Part shown: positions 24,473-37,296 of the stretch, one piece after another
Numbering within the stretch: position 1 is the stretch's first letter
How the letters are laid out: the number at the start of each line of letters is the position of its first letter
Source: Nemertoderma westbladi
Taxonomy: Eukaryota; Animalia; Xenacoelomorpha
Assembly (NCBI GenBank): GCA_032718475.1
Contig: JAUCBJ010008653.1
Location: forward strand, 34,803-98,802
DNA length: 64,000 bases
Reading direction: 5' to 3'
Translations under genes and position numbers: made by a program
The notes under the pieces: model-generated
Database searches by the model: none
What the model saw: the letters and a program-made list of their open reading frames with translations, nothing else
Told to the model about the DNA's origin: nothing

Positions 24473-27400
24473 ATGGCTACTGGGGGAAATAATCCCACAG
24501 TCAATGAGGATGTTAATGTTGATGACATTTTGGGGCAAAGTTATTCACGTATTTCATCCCCATCGTCATCCGTTGAAACGGCAGTAACAGCTACAGTGCT
24601 GAGACCCATGTCTGAACCAGAGACCAAATCGCAGAATGACGCAATATTGTTACAGGAAACATTGCAATTGCGAGCATTTTTGCAGGAAACTCCAGTAGAA
24701 CAAGCTGTACTGCAAGTAGAGGCACAACAACCTCCAGAAGAACAAGTGCCACGCAGATCTACGAGGCATCATCCAACACAAGTGGTGAATGAAAGTGATA
24801 ATGTCAATACATCCTCACTAACTAAGAGTCTGTCTGGATATCTTAGTAATGTTACCCGGCTTGATCGTACAATAAGTGAGTATCAACATATAGATAAATC
24901 CATACCTCGTGATTTATTGACCAAGTTGAGAAATGCTTATTCCAAAGTAATTGATAAAATAGGTGAGTTGAAGTTGGCGTATGAGCGCCAGGGTATGTCT
25001 ATGCCAGTGAAATATACTGACATGTTAATGCAATTCATAGCCAAGGAGGCCAATATGTGTACCAGTGTAGATGACTTCTATGAGTCTGGACGATCTGTGC
25101 AGGCAAAAGAACTCACACGTGTTGGTATACATGCCGAAGTACCATGGCTGAATATCCCCGATGTAACAACAACAAATGAGCAGGTCACTATTAGAAATAA
25201 AGAATCCGTGCCAAACTATATAAGTTTAGCACACAATTCTAGAATTAACAGAAGTCGAGATATCGCCACAAGAACCGATACAAACAGTATACATCCTTCA
25301 CAGTCTGCTAGTGCAACATTTGCAACAAAGAAGCTGAGGAAGGATAAATCTCGACTAACAAGCATTTTAAGTGGCACATCGGCTTCATTATCTAGACTAC
25401 AAGTTGAAGCTTCGATGGAACTGGAACTCTCCAAACTCATGGACAAACAAGCTGAGGAACAGCTTGATTGGAAAACCAGTCAGGCAACAAAAGCCAAACT
25501 ACAGGCGGATGCTGAGGCAAAGGAAGCGAAATTACAAACTGAACTTGAATCCATACACAAAGCAAAAGAGGTGCAAAGGGCAAATGAATTAAAGGCAAAT
25601 AATCTTATTGAGCAAGCAACCTTTGACAGACGTGCCTGTTGTCTGTCAAAGGTTGCTTGCTCAATAAGATTATTTGCCTCTTCGTTTGATCTTCAGCGCA
25701 AACAATTGGTTGCTGATTTATTGCAAAAGGAGAATCAACGCAGGGAAGAATTGTCTGAGAGACATCAGAATGTGATTCCACCAGAGCACCCTCCTGAGCA
25801 ACTTGGTCAAACAAAAAACCTTATTCACAGACAGTTACTTTTAAACAAGATGATCACATAAATAAACAGATAAAATCTAAAGTAACAAAAGTGGTTAATA
25901 AAATTGATACACCCGTACTGATTGGTGCACAGGAAGAAATTTCTGGTCTCCGTGCTTCTGCGGACTCCTATGTACCCAGACACAGGACAAATGAGTGCCG
26001 ATCAGGATAGGGGATATGAACCATACATGCCCATCGCAGAAAATAACTTTGACAACAACGGTAAACATGTAGATAATAACACACCTCATACAGGTATTGG
26101 TAACGGTAAATTGGTATTGGTAAATTGGAAAATATTGGCATGATGATATATCAGCCAATATTCTCAAATCTTCTAGTCCCATTGATTTTGAGAAATCACA
26201 TTTACAATCTATGGGTGACAGTCTGCCCAACTATAATCGTGGTCAGAATAACCATATAAACAGTAAAATTATAGATAATGTAGAACCAGGAGTTAATTAC
26301 ATGAGTTATCACCCAATTTTTGCTGGACAAAGGGATGTGCCACGAGGTACACATCCTTTTGACATTACATACACTGGCACTCCAAACGTTGGAAGTGTTA
26401 GTCCACCATTTGTTGGAAGTGGAGAGCCACCATTCTGGAATTACAGTGGTGTAGGCTACTCTCTAAGTGGAGGTGGTGGTTTACCAAATAATTGTAGTGG
26501 TGGTTGTGGTCACCCTCCAGGTGGCAATGGTGGTGGACAACCTGCAGGTAATGGTGGTTGTAAGGATAGTAATCACCCACCACATGGTGCTTATTGATCA
26601 CCGGGTGGGCAGAGTGATATATTAAATCCTCTTGGCTCTCTCCTTGCATATCTCACTGGGCCTCCAAAGGAGGCTGTGAAAGGTTTTATCAATGCACCAT
26701 ATGGCTATCGTTTAGCATGGGCATTACTTGATCAAAGATATGGTCATGTTACTAAGATAATCCGATCAACCTTCGATTCTCTTATTCTAAGTAAACCCGC
26801 CGTTAAGTTTAATTCAGCTGATTTGATGTTATATGCAGATCAGATACGTAATGTATATAATACATTAAAACATTTGAAAAATCCTCAGGAGATGAACAGC
26901 CATCATAATCTTCGTGCAATCATTGCTCGCCTTCCACAAGAACTTATAAGAAAGTGGCAGATGGAAGCCACACGAATCTCAAATAGGAGAAGGTCAGAAA
27001 CAGGTCTAGCTTCTGATCCTACATTATTGGATGTTCTTCGTTTTGTGAATTTCTATGCTGAGGTTGGAGATCATCCTCATTATTCACAATTATACACAGT
27101 TTCCACAAAGGATCAACAACAGAGTAGTGATAAAGGAAAAGTAGTCAAAGTATCTAATGATCCTCTTAAGGACACAAGGAAGGTCAAATCAATGATAGTT
27201 CAAACCAAGCATAAGGGTAATCTGTCATCGCCTGTAATTTCAAATACTCCTCCAGAATGCACTTTGTGTGAAGGAGTTTCACATTTTTTGTATAAATGTC
27301 CACAGTTTATTGCAATGACTGGTTCTCAAAAGGGAAATGTAATTTGGAAACAACATGGTTGTTTCAAGTGTTCCCGTTCAGGACATATAGCAATAAATTG

Positions 27401-29565
27401 CCCTTTCTCTCTTATATGTCCAGAGTGTCAAGGTAATCACGCATCCATAATGCATAATGTAAACACTCGTAAATTGATTAATATCTCATCTTCCAAGCAG
27501 CCGAAGGGGGACAAAAATGTCACCGATAAGTATCCATCTGGGTCTAAGGAAAATCCAAAGGTACTGTTATCCACAATGACGAACAAGTTTCAGGATAGCC
27601 TAAATCAAACAATCCTCCCAATCGTCTCCTTAAAGGTATGCATTTGTGGAAGAATGGTTTCTACCTTCGCTTTAATCGATGGTGGTTCTACCAACTCATT
27701 CATACACAAGGAAGTTACTCAAATCTTAAATTGTGAACCAGAAGTATATAGTTCTTTGTCGATGACAACTCTTCTTCACAATGAAAATGATGTTGAGATT
27801 GGTATAACTCAATGCCAATTTTTATCGTTAATTGATGGACGAGTCATAGGTGATGTTAGCGTTTATGTATCAGATAAATTGAAGCTAGGAAAGAGAACAT
27901 TACATGATTCCTTGTTATCTAGTTTTCCGCACTTGTCAGCTATTGATCTCAATTCTAAAGGTATAGATTTACCATTTGTAAGTGTCCTAATTGGACAGGA
28001 TGTTCCTCTTGCACATTATAAACTAGAACAATGTTATGGTGACTCACCCCTCAGCCAACCATATGCAACATTATCTCCCTTTGGATGGTACATTTCTGGT
28101 CCATTTGTTAATCCACTTTGTAACCAGCGGAAACAAGAATCTGTAAATGCATTTAAGACACAGGTAAAACCTGCACCACCTATTGATATTAAACGTCATT
28201 TATCCCAGTTCTGGGACCTTGAAAATCTTGGGTATGGCCGACTCGAAGACCATGACAACTCGATTCAACATGAATCAGCAAATGATAAGCGTGCCAGGCA
28301 GATCCTCACAGAGACAACTGTTTTTTGTGAAGAGGATGGTAAGTATGAAGTAGGTATGTTATGGGATTGTGATCCCAATACCATACTTAATAACCGGCAT
28401 TTGGCAGAGAAACGGTTGTTTTCCTTAGGAAAACGTTTCATGTCAAATGAAGAAAGTAAACAGTATTTTCCCAAGTATGTTGAGAAAATACACGAATATA
28501 TAGATAGTGGGTATGCAGTTAAATTAGTTGGTGATGATTTAATTGCTACTCCTCAAACCAATTATGTGCCACATCATTTTGTGACATATCCAGACACACC
28601 AGGAAAAATCAGGGTAGTAAATGATGCAGCCGCGAAATTTCGTGGACGATCATTAAATGACATGTTGCTCTCAGGTCCCAACCAACTTAATTTATTATTT
28701 GGTGTCTTGCTTAGATTTAGGCAAGACAATATTGCCTTTATGTGTGACATAGAGTCAATGTTTCACTGTATCAAAATGACCCGCAAGGACCAAGATAGTG
28801 TTAGGTTTTTATGGTGGTCAAATGACAAAATTCATGATCAAATTGAAGAGTACCGTATGACAGTACACGCCTTTGGGAAAAAGGATTCCCCATGTGTCGC
28901 CATAAATACCCTCCGACTTACTGGTGACACACATAAAGACGATTTTATTCCACTCGTTAATGAGACAATCCAACACAGTTTTTATATGGATGATGGGTTA
29001 CCATCTGTAAGTACAGTTGAAGAAGCTGTCACATTAGCGCGGGGCTTGATTGATTGCCTTGCATGTGGTGGTTTAGTGTAAGGTGTTTAAGTTGTTTTAC
29101 TTAAGGTGTTTTATTAGTAACAGTAGAGAATTTTTGGCTCTAATAAATTCGACAAGGTTGTCAAAAAATGTAGACTTAGACTTAGAACATTTACCTCAGA
29201 GCAAAACACTTGGGGTACAATGGAACACTGAGACAGATGAATTTGGCTTTAGAGTACGAGTACGTGACTCTCCAAGTACAAAACGTGGCTGTCTGTCATC
29301 TTTGTCATCATTGTATGACCCTTTAGGTTTTATATCACCTGTTACCCTCAGAGGGAAAATTATATTGCGAAACATGTGGTCAGTCATGTTAGGATGGGAC
29401 GGAAAATTGCCCGCAGTGATAAGTGATTCTTGGGAAAAATGCAGGATACAGCTGCCCTCACTTGTTAAGTTGAAAATCCCACGAGTTTATTTTCATAATC
29501 GTAAACCTGATGAGGCATTTGAGTTGCATCACTTCTGCGATGCAAGTAAGGAGGGTTATGGTGCA
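24473..29565 (+). pseudogene. gag-pol: Element A gag-protease-RT-RNase H (disrupted)
   Basis: Coiled-coil gag, three Cys/His knuckles (CTLCEGVSHFLYKC, CFKCSRSGHIAINC, CPECQGNH), protease ALIDGGS, RT KIRVVNDAA and FYMDD, LYDPLGFISP, HHFCDAS; frameshifts near 25.8-26.7 kb and 29.08 kb. Confidence 0.93.
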
Positions 29566-29912
29566 TAGGGCGATGCGTTTTTTACTTTTTTTCGATTTCA
29601 TTGTTCTACCGGTGCACAAAAGTTGCCAAATGGTATAAAATTAAGGCCAAAAAATTTCTCTAAATTTCATCAATATCTTGACGGATCCCAAGGGGGTTGA
29701 AATTTTAAGAGTTCGCGATGCACCACAATGAAATTTATAAGAATATAACACTTTGGTGAAAGATCAATGACTCAAGAAAGAACTTCCTTCATGCATCAAA
29801 TGTCATCGAATGGGTCCAAACTTAGTTAGATACCAAACTTTTAAATTTTTGATCAAGGGAACTAGTGCCACAGGCACTTGGCCAGAACCTACCCTTTGGC
29901 GCAAGTGACGAT

Positions 29913-30450
29913 TGTTAGCTTATCCAATTCCGCTAACATGAACCCACAAAGTAAGCCGTAAAGCAATATTGGGAGCACGAGGTTGATTACCAATCAACCT
30001 CGTGTCAGCCCAGTAAACGGGGACAATAGGCCCCAAAGGAGACACACACAAAGGGTCAGGGGCCAAACCCCTAACCCAGAGAGTACAGGTGGAGTGAACG
30101 GGAACACTCCACGGGGCGCCAACAAGGGTATCAACCAATCAGAGGGGGGCAAGGCATCGATTAGGTAGTAATTAGGCCAACCGTGTAATATAACCAGTAA
30201 CCCAATATCAGTAATTCAGTTATCTCAGTGCAGTAGTGCTAGCATAGGTTAATTAGTTTAGATAGGGGAGCACGGGACTTTTAGTTACCGTATCCCGCCT
30301 TCCACATATCTATATCTATATCTTATACCCATCAGTTATTATACACCGAACATCAGAACTCATTCACTGTTTTCGTTTACTCTTTATACACGGCGGGGAC
30401 GCGTAAGCTAAACACCGGATAAATCGGGATCCCTCCTGGATCCCGTCACA
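29913..30450 (+). repeat. 5' LTR of element B
   Basis: Direct repeat of 36572-37109; CCAAT ~30135, TATA-like aatataa ~30187; hairpins at both ends (tgttagc/gctaaca and cgggatcc/ggatcccg). Confidence 0.95.
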
Positions 30451-30542
30451 GTAACTAAAATCAGCGGCCGCCCTAGCTAAACACAGTAACTAAAACCAAC
30501 CGCTGCCCTAGCTAGCCAAACCATCAGCTACCAAAGACAAAG

Positions 30543-33500
30543 ATGAGTCGAGAGAAAGGAACGACACCGCCGCGGACCCCGGACGACGATCTAACGATCC
30601 GCGAGGCCACGGCGAGACGATACGAACCCACGACGCCGGTCGATGCTACGCCGACCACGTTGACGCATGTTGACGCCACGTCGATAACGAGCGAGCCGGC
30701 GAACCAAGATGTGGGGGGTCGTCTACAAAGAGAGGACGAGTCGGGAGTCGAAAGGGAGAAAGACGAGTCGACGCGGAGTGAAGGTCGACGTACCGATGTC
30801 GCCGGCCAGCCACAGGCCGAGGACGACGAACGGTCCACCGGAACGGCGACGGTGGGGCCGTCGGTACGACGTCGGACCCGGAGAGATGGAGGAGAGGTCG
30901 GCGACGAGGACGTCGGGGTTTCCGATCGACTTCGACGGGCCTACAACGCGACCCGGGAACTACTAAAGGAGGCCAAGGAGGGGGCAAGGATAGACGAGGT
31001 CAGGATGACAAAGGGACTAGGTGAGTCGAACAGATACTTTGATCACCTAGTGTGTTCTGGGCAGAGAGAACTGGCCGGGGAGAGAGCGAGAGGGGTTGCC
31101 TTCGAACTGTTTGGGCTATGGGAACGTAGGGGTATGGGGCCTGGTGTAGTGTACATAGGGCCATACTTAGTCAATGCCAGGGAAGTTAAGTTAGTGGGTT
31201 GGAAGAGACCTGGGGAGGGCGAATCCGAGGTTAACTCCGAGGATTCGGTCTCGTCGGTCGGAGGAAGTTCCGGGAAGCGGGGGAAAGTTAGTAGGACGGA
31301 GGGGCGACGGGAGTCCGTCGCAACCGATAAGTCTGCTACATCCTCCGCAAAAGAAAGAAGGGTGCGAGAGAGTGAACGCGTGGCGTATAAATTAGAAAAG
31401 GCGGCGGCAGAGCGGAAACAGTTAGAGGGGCAATTGAGAGAGCAAACCGCATTATTAGAGTTGGTAAGGGAGGATAGAGAGAGGGCCAAGGAGCATAGAG
31501 ATCGGGAGCATATCGGGATAATGATCGGGAGAATAGAGAGCGAGCCGGCGAGGCGGTCTGGGATGCTTGCGAGAGAGTTCCGAGTGTGCAGAGAGAGAGA
31601 GTTAGAGGAACAACGTACGCAGGATGGTTTGCTTGTCCGACTGGCGCTGCTTGCGCAATATCGGGCCAAACTTAAACGGCGCCGACTAGAACTGGCGCGG
31701 TTGGAGATATCAGAGAGTGAGCCCCCACTTACAGACACCGGGCGAGAGAACCAGAACTGGTGTAGCCGTACGGGCGGGGGGGGTAGTAGTAGTACGTTAG
31801 AAGTAGTTAATATTAATAGTACCGTAGTAAATAACCCTAATCCCTTTATTACAGGAAATAATATTTTACCTGGTAGTAGTAATTTAAATTTAAATTCAAA
31901 TAATAACATTAGTTCAAATATTCAGAATAATTCAAATAATTCGAATAATAATTTAAAATTTGAAAATTCAAATAATTCTAATTTAAATAATTTAAATCCC
32001 GTTTCAAATTCTAACAATTTAATTGATTTAACAAATAATATTGGGAATGGTGCTATTAATATGAGCGTGTCGGACGTACATAACCCGACAGATGGCGGCC
32101 TGGCAGGCCACGTAGTTAGTAGGCAGGAGGTGGCCGGGTTGAGCCAACCCGACGGCGGCCTGGTAGGCCACGTAGTTGGTAGGCAGGAGGCAGCAGGGTT
32201 GAGCCAACCCGAGGTGGGCCTGGCGGGCCACGCAGTAGTAGAGAGAGAGGCGGGGGTGAATAGACCCAGCCGTAGTAGAGACAGTGCGTCGACTAGAGAG
32301 GGGTGTAGAGACGAAGTAAGGGATAGTGAAGTTAGATGTGACGAGTGGGGGGGGGGGCTACGGGCGCCCCACCACATAAGATTAGTGGCGAGATAGGGGG
32401 GGCAGAGAATGCCCCACAAGAGGGGTGTAGAAGTGTAGCAAGAGGTAGTGAAGTTAGAAGTGGCGAGTGGGGGGGGGGGGGGGGCTACGGGCGCCCCACC
32501 ACATAAGATTAGTGGCGAGAGAGGGGGGGCAGAGAATGCCCCACAAGAGGGGTGTAGAAGTGTAGCAAGAGGTAGTGAAGATAGAAGTGGCGAGTGGGGG
32601 GGGGGGGGGCTACAGGAGCCCCACCACGAAAGATTAGTGGTGAGAGAAGGGGGGTAGGGAATGTCCGACAAGAGGGACGCAGAAGTGTAGTAAGAGATAG
32701 TGAAGTTAGAAGTGGCGGGTGGGGGGGGGGGGGGGGCTACGGACACCCCACCACGAGAAGTTAGTAGAGAGAGAGGGGGGGGCAGAGAGTGTCCCACAGC
32801 CGTCAGCGGATAATGCGCGGGCCGAATCAGGTAAACCGCAACACCCGGCGACGGAGAGTAATAGGGGGATTGCGAGTATCCCCAGCGGCGTGCGATCGAG
32901 CAGAGAGAGGCAGGTTGATGTCGCGAGAGGGCAGACGAAGCGTCGAGCCCGATCAGAAGAGGGAAGAAGAACAGTGGAGTTTAACCGGGAGGTCGACGAG
33001 AGATCTCATGAGCCGGAATACTGCACTGAAAAGAGAAGAAGAGGAGATAGTAGAAAAGGTGTCGCCACGAACGATAGGAGTGCGAGGACGGATAACGGAC
33101 CGTCGATAGTAGAGATGGAGTCAGGGAGCCAGTGGGGTCGAACTTCGGGAGATTGCCGTCGCCCCGGAGAAACGCACCACACGCCAAGAGAGGGGTACAG
33201 GAGGTACCAATACAAAGTCGAGAACAGGAGAGGGGATCGAAGAGAAGCTTCCCGACGGGATATAGCTGCCGATCGAGAGTACGGTAGTCGCGGGGAGATT
33301 CGAGATTCGCGAAGAATAAACTTCGGTTCGGAAGGGCACATGCAGACTGCAGGTCATACTGTAGGCCTTACTGCACATACTATTATAGGCCATGCTGGGA
33401 GAGACATAGTAGGCGATAGGGTAGCGCGAACGACGGGATTAAACCCGGAAGTCGCGGAGTACATACCGGTAGGTAGGCGAGAAGTAGATAGGCCTATATC

Positions 33501-34491
33501 GGTACAGCAGCATGACCATAATACACAGGGACATAACATATATCCAGGGGAGGGAGGAGTTATTGGAGATAGACGTATGGGCCCCAATATATTAACATCA
33601 ACCCCAGCACCAAACATACCGGCCGGGGGGGGACAGGGTGACATTCCCCCATCACAATATCGACAATATACCCCAATAGGAGCAAGAACATCGAACTCCC
33701 TGGACGAGAACAGGTCGTGCGGACAGTCACCACCACACGCGGCTATACAGGGGACTGCTAGTCCACAGTTAGCTGGTAGCAGGGCCACACCGTGGCAGGG
33801 ACAGAAAGAAAATAACACCATAAATGAACACAATCCCAATATACCCAGTAGGCCGAGTATAGACAACCAAAACATTAAATCGGTACATATAAACCTAAGC
33901 GCGATACGTGAAGGACTATACAGGAAACGCTATAATCCAGGATTCCAATGTCAATTACATCGGGACGGAACCCATAAGACCAGGAGTTGTAAATACTGGC
34001 AAGCGTTGCCCAAACGAGATCGTGTAGCCTACACAGACGCAAACGGACTATGTCATCGATGTGTGGTAAAAGGACACAGATCCGGAGAGTGTTGGAAAGG
34101 GAGAGGATGTGAAAGGACTAAACCAGGGGCAGAGAAGCCCATGAGCAAACATAAAGGAGTCGGGAAAGTAGAAGGAGGCGTGTTGCATACACACGCAGGA
34201 CTGACACAGTGCGAGGGGGCATTACATGGGCAGACGCCGTGTATACCGAGGGACGAGCGGGGGTCGTCGAGGGCTCTAATGCCAGCGCACATACGAAGGG
34301 GGAGGCCAGCAAAGGTGGCACCGAAGAGAGTGTGGCGAAGAGTTCGAGGACGTATAGGAGGGCAGCAGGAGAGTGCCTACTGGAAGAAGGGGCACGTGAG
34401 AGTTTTTAGTCGTCCAAAGTTTTGGACTGAGGGGGGTGGGAATGAGGGCGAGACGCCCTTCCCACGCACAAAATATAAAATAATTATTTAA
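30543..34491 (+). CDS. gag: Gag-like protein of element B, split into ORFs 30543-32396 and 32719-34491 by poly-G tandem repeats
   Basis: Coiled-coil and Asn-rich segments; C-terminal CQLHRDGTHKTRSC...GLCHRCVVKGHRSGEC knuckles with BEL-like spacing. Confidence 0.65.
32320..32797 (+). repeat. ~125-bp tandem repeat x4 with variable poly-G tracts
   Basis: gtgaag(t/a)taga...(G)n ctac...ccccaccac units start at ~32326, 32448, 32575, 32700. Confidence 0.9.
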
Positions 34492-34544
34492 TTAAAAATA
34501 AGAAAATAATTAAATAATAGAGTAGGTAGAAGTTAGGTAGTAAG

Positions 34545-35960
34545 AGTTAGTTAGTTAGTTAGTTAGTTAGTTAGAGGGTGGTACGTAGTACCGTTAGAGA
34601 GTAAGAGTTAGAGGGTACGCAGTACCGTTAGAGAGTAAGAGTTAGAGGGTGGTATGTAGTACCGTTAGAGAGTAAGAGTTAGAGGGTACGTAAGTACCGT
34701 TAGTCAGTTAGAGGGTACGTAAGTACCGTTAGTCAGTTAGAGAGTTAGAGGGTACGTAAGTACCGCTAGTTAGTTAGAGATTTAGAGGGTACGTAAGTAC
34801 CGTTAGTCAGTTAGAGAGTTAGAGGGTACGTTGTACCGCTAGCTAGTAGAGAGAGCTAGAGTAGTAAGAGGGTACGTAGTACCGCTAGTTAGGAGTGTTA
34901 GTAGAGCAGTAGAGGGTTGTGGGCACCATAAGCGCCACGTAGATGGAAGTAGCAGTAGAGGTTGTGGGCACCGTAAGCGCCACGTAGTTAGAGTTAGTAG
35001 GGAATGCGCTGAACTTAGTGGGGCACGGGCGTGACGATGTGTTTGATGTAAGAGCAGGGTATGTTAATTAGAGTTAGTGGGAGTTAGGGGTTAGTAAGAG
35101 GGTACGTAGTACCGGTTGTGGTTGTGGGCACCGTTAGCGCCACGTAGATAGAGGTAGAGTTAGTAAGAGGGTACGTAGTACCGGTTGTGGTTGTGGGCAC
35201 CGTTAGCGCCACGTAGATAGAAGTAGAGTTAGTAAGAGTTAGTAGAAGTTCACATAATTAACGTACCCACTCTGCCGGCATTCAGAGCGTCACGTGCAGG
35301 CGAGTGGATGTAAAGGAAGTAAGTTAGAGATAGAGTAGAGTAGTAGAGAGGGCACATAGGGTGCCAGGTAGTAGAGTAGAGTGTTAGAGGTAGCAGAGAG
35401 GGCACATAGGGTGCCAGAGAGTAGAATAGTAGAGACGGGCACATAGGGTGCCAGGTAGTAGAGTTAGAGAGTTAGAGATAGAGTAGAGTAGTAGAGACGG
35501 GCACATAGGGTGCCAGGTAGTAGAGTTAGAGAGTTAGAGATAGAGTAGAGTAGTAGAGAGGGCACATAGGGTGCCAGGTAGTAGAGTTAGAGAGGTAGTA
35601 GTGTAGTAGAGAGGGCACATAGGGTGCCAGGTAGTAGAGCTAGATAGGTAGTTGAGTAGTAGAAGGGCACATAGGGTGCCAGATAGTAGAGTGGTTGTGG
35701 GCACCGCAAGCGCCACGTAGTTAGAAGAGTGGGTAGAGTTAGGGAGTTCTAGTTAAAGGGCTAGAGAGTTGGTAGACTTAGATGAGTCAAGTAGAGTTAG
35801 TAGAAGTAGAGAGTTAGTAGGAGTTAGCTAGACTTAGTAGTTCTAGTTAGAGTTAGTAGAAAGTTAGAGGCTTTAGTTAGAGCCAGAAGTAGTGAGAGTT
35901 AGCGGAGAGTAGAGTTAGTAGTTAGTAGAGTTAGATAGTTAGAGTTAGTAAGCAGTAGGT
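34545..35960 (+). repeat. Purine-rich tandem array containing three families of short hairpin-like motifs
   Basis: (ttag)n; ~11 GGTAC-N3/4-GTACC; 7 GGCAC-ATAGG-GTGCC; 5 gtgggcacc..agcgccacgtag; agtagag-type spacers. Confidence 0.9.
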
Positions 35961-36571
35961 AGATGGTATGATAGCACAGGGGTAGCATTAGAGATTAGGG
36001 CCTTAGGGAGGGCAAGAGAGATAGCGAGAGGTGGTATGGAGATAATGTGGAGAGAGTGGTGTAAGTACTATAGTCATACAACCTTTCTCAATTAGCTACT
36101 GGGATTGGGGGGCTAACTGACTATGGCACTTAGGGACAAGACGCCAGACGATTTCACATTTCCTGAGTGCGACGGCACGGAGGGGGGGTGAGATTCGTCA
36201 GAAGGGATAAGGTAGTCAAGGAGGGATGGAGTAATAGTGCGGAGTGCGAAGAGAGCGTGGGTGCAATTCAAGTGTGGGGGAGGAGAAGTGAGAGGAAGAG
36301 TGTGGGACGAGGAGGTCCGGGAGTATGCGAGAGTTGGAGTAGAGTGGTGAGAGTGTTGGGGAAACAAAAATTGTGTGAGTGAAGCGCACGATCGGCCCGA
36401 CACGAAACGCCAGAGGGTAGCAATATCATACCCATAGGGAGCGGCCCGGAAAGCCGGCTCCGAAAGAAAATAACCCACCCCACACCCGATACTAGATCGG
36501 GATCCAGCGGAATTGTAGCGCACTTTTTGGTGGATGCTATCTTCTCACCGGGAAGATAGCATGGGGGGGAG

Positions 36572-37109
36572 TGTTAGCTTATCCAATTCCGCTAACATGA
36601 ACCCACAAAGTAAGCCGTAAAGCAATATTGGGAGCATGAGGTTGATTACCAATCAACCTCGTGTCAGCCCAGTAAACGGGGACAATAGGCCCCAAAGGAG
36701 ACACACACAAAGGGTCAGGGGCCAAACCCCTAACCCAGAGAGTACAGGTGGAGTGAACGGGAACACTCCACAGGGCGCCAACAAGGGTATCAACCAATCA
36801 GAGGGGGGCAAGGCATCGATTAGGTAGTAATTAGGCCAACCGTGTAATATAACCAGTAACCCAATATCAGTAATTCAGTTATCTCAGTGCAGTAGTGCTA
36901 GCATAGGTTAATTAGTTTAGATAGGGGAGCACGGGACTTTTAGTTACCGTATCCCGCCTTCCACATATCTATATCTATATCTTATACCCATCAGTTATTA
37001 TACACCGAACATCAGAACTCATTCACTGTTTTCGTTTACTCTTTATACACGGCGGGGACGCGTAAGCTAAACACCGGATAAATCGGGATCCCTCCTGGAT
37101 CCCGTCACA
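36572..37109 (+). repeat. 3' LTR of element B
   Basis: Direct repeat of 29913-30450, immediately preceded by the PPT. Confidence 0.95.
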
Positions 37110-37296
37110 ACGATTATTCTCAATTTTTGCGATGGCTAACTTTTAGTACTCCTACTGCATTAATAGTATGCTCATTAGAACCACAATGACCGATTTAGTG
37201 GGGGTAGACACCTTCAAAACAAAGAGCGAATAGTTCTTGAGATATCGCAGAAAATGTGAAGTCCGGCACAAGTCTACATTACCGCCTTGAAGCGAT

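Larger units (their letters stand above)
29913..37109 (+). mobile_element. Young non-autonomous gag-only LTR retrotransposon B (BEL/Pao-like)
   Basis: 538-bp TG..CA LTRs (29913-30450 and 36572-37109) with only two differences seen by eye; 5-bp TSD ACGAT (29908-29912 and 37110-37114); PPT gggggggag 36563-36571; no RT or integrase motifs. Confidence 0.93.

Noticed and set aside
31043-32797. Long antisense ORFs (288 and 291 aa) in element B
   Set aside because: Shadow frames of GC-rich, repetitive gag sequence with no recognisable motifs.
34545-35960. Hairpin repeats as a CRISPR array, or (TTAG)n as telomere
   Set aside because: Spacers are low-complexity and repeated, and the array is internal to an LTR element.
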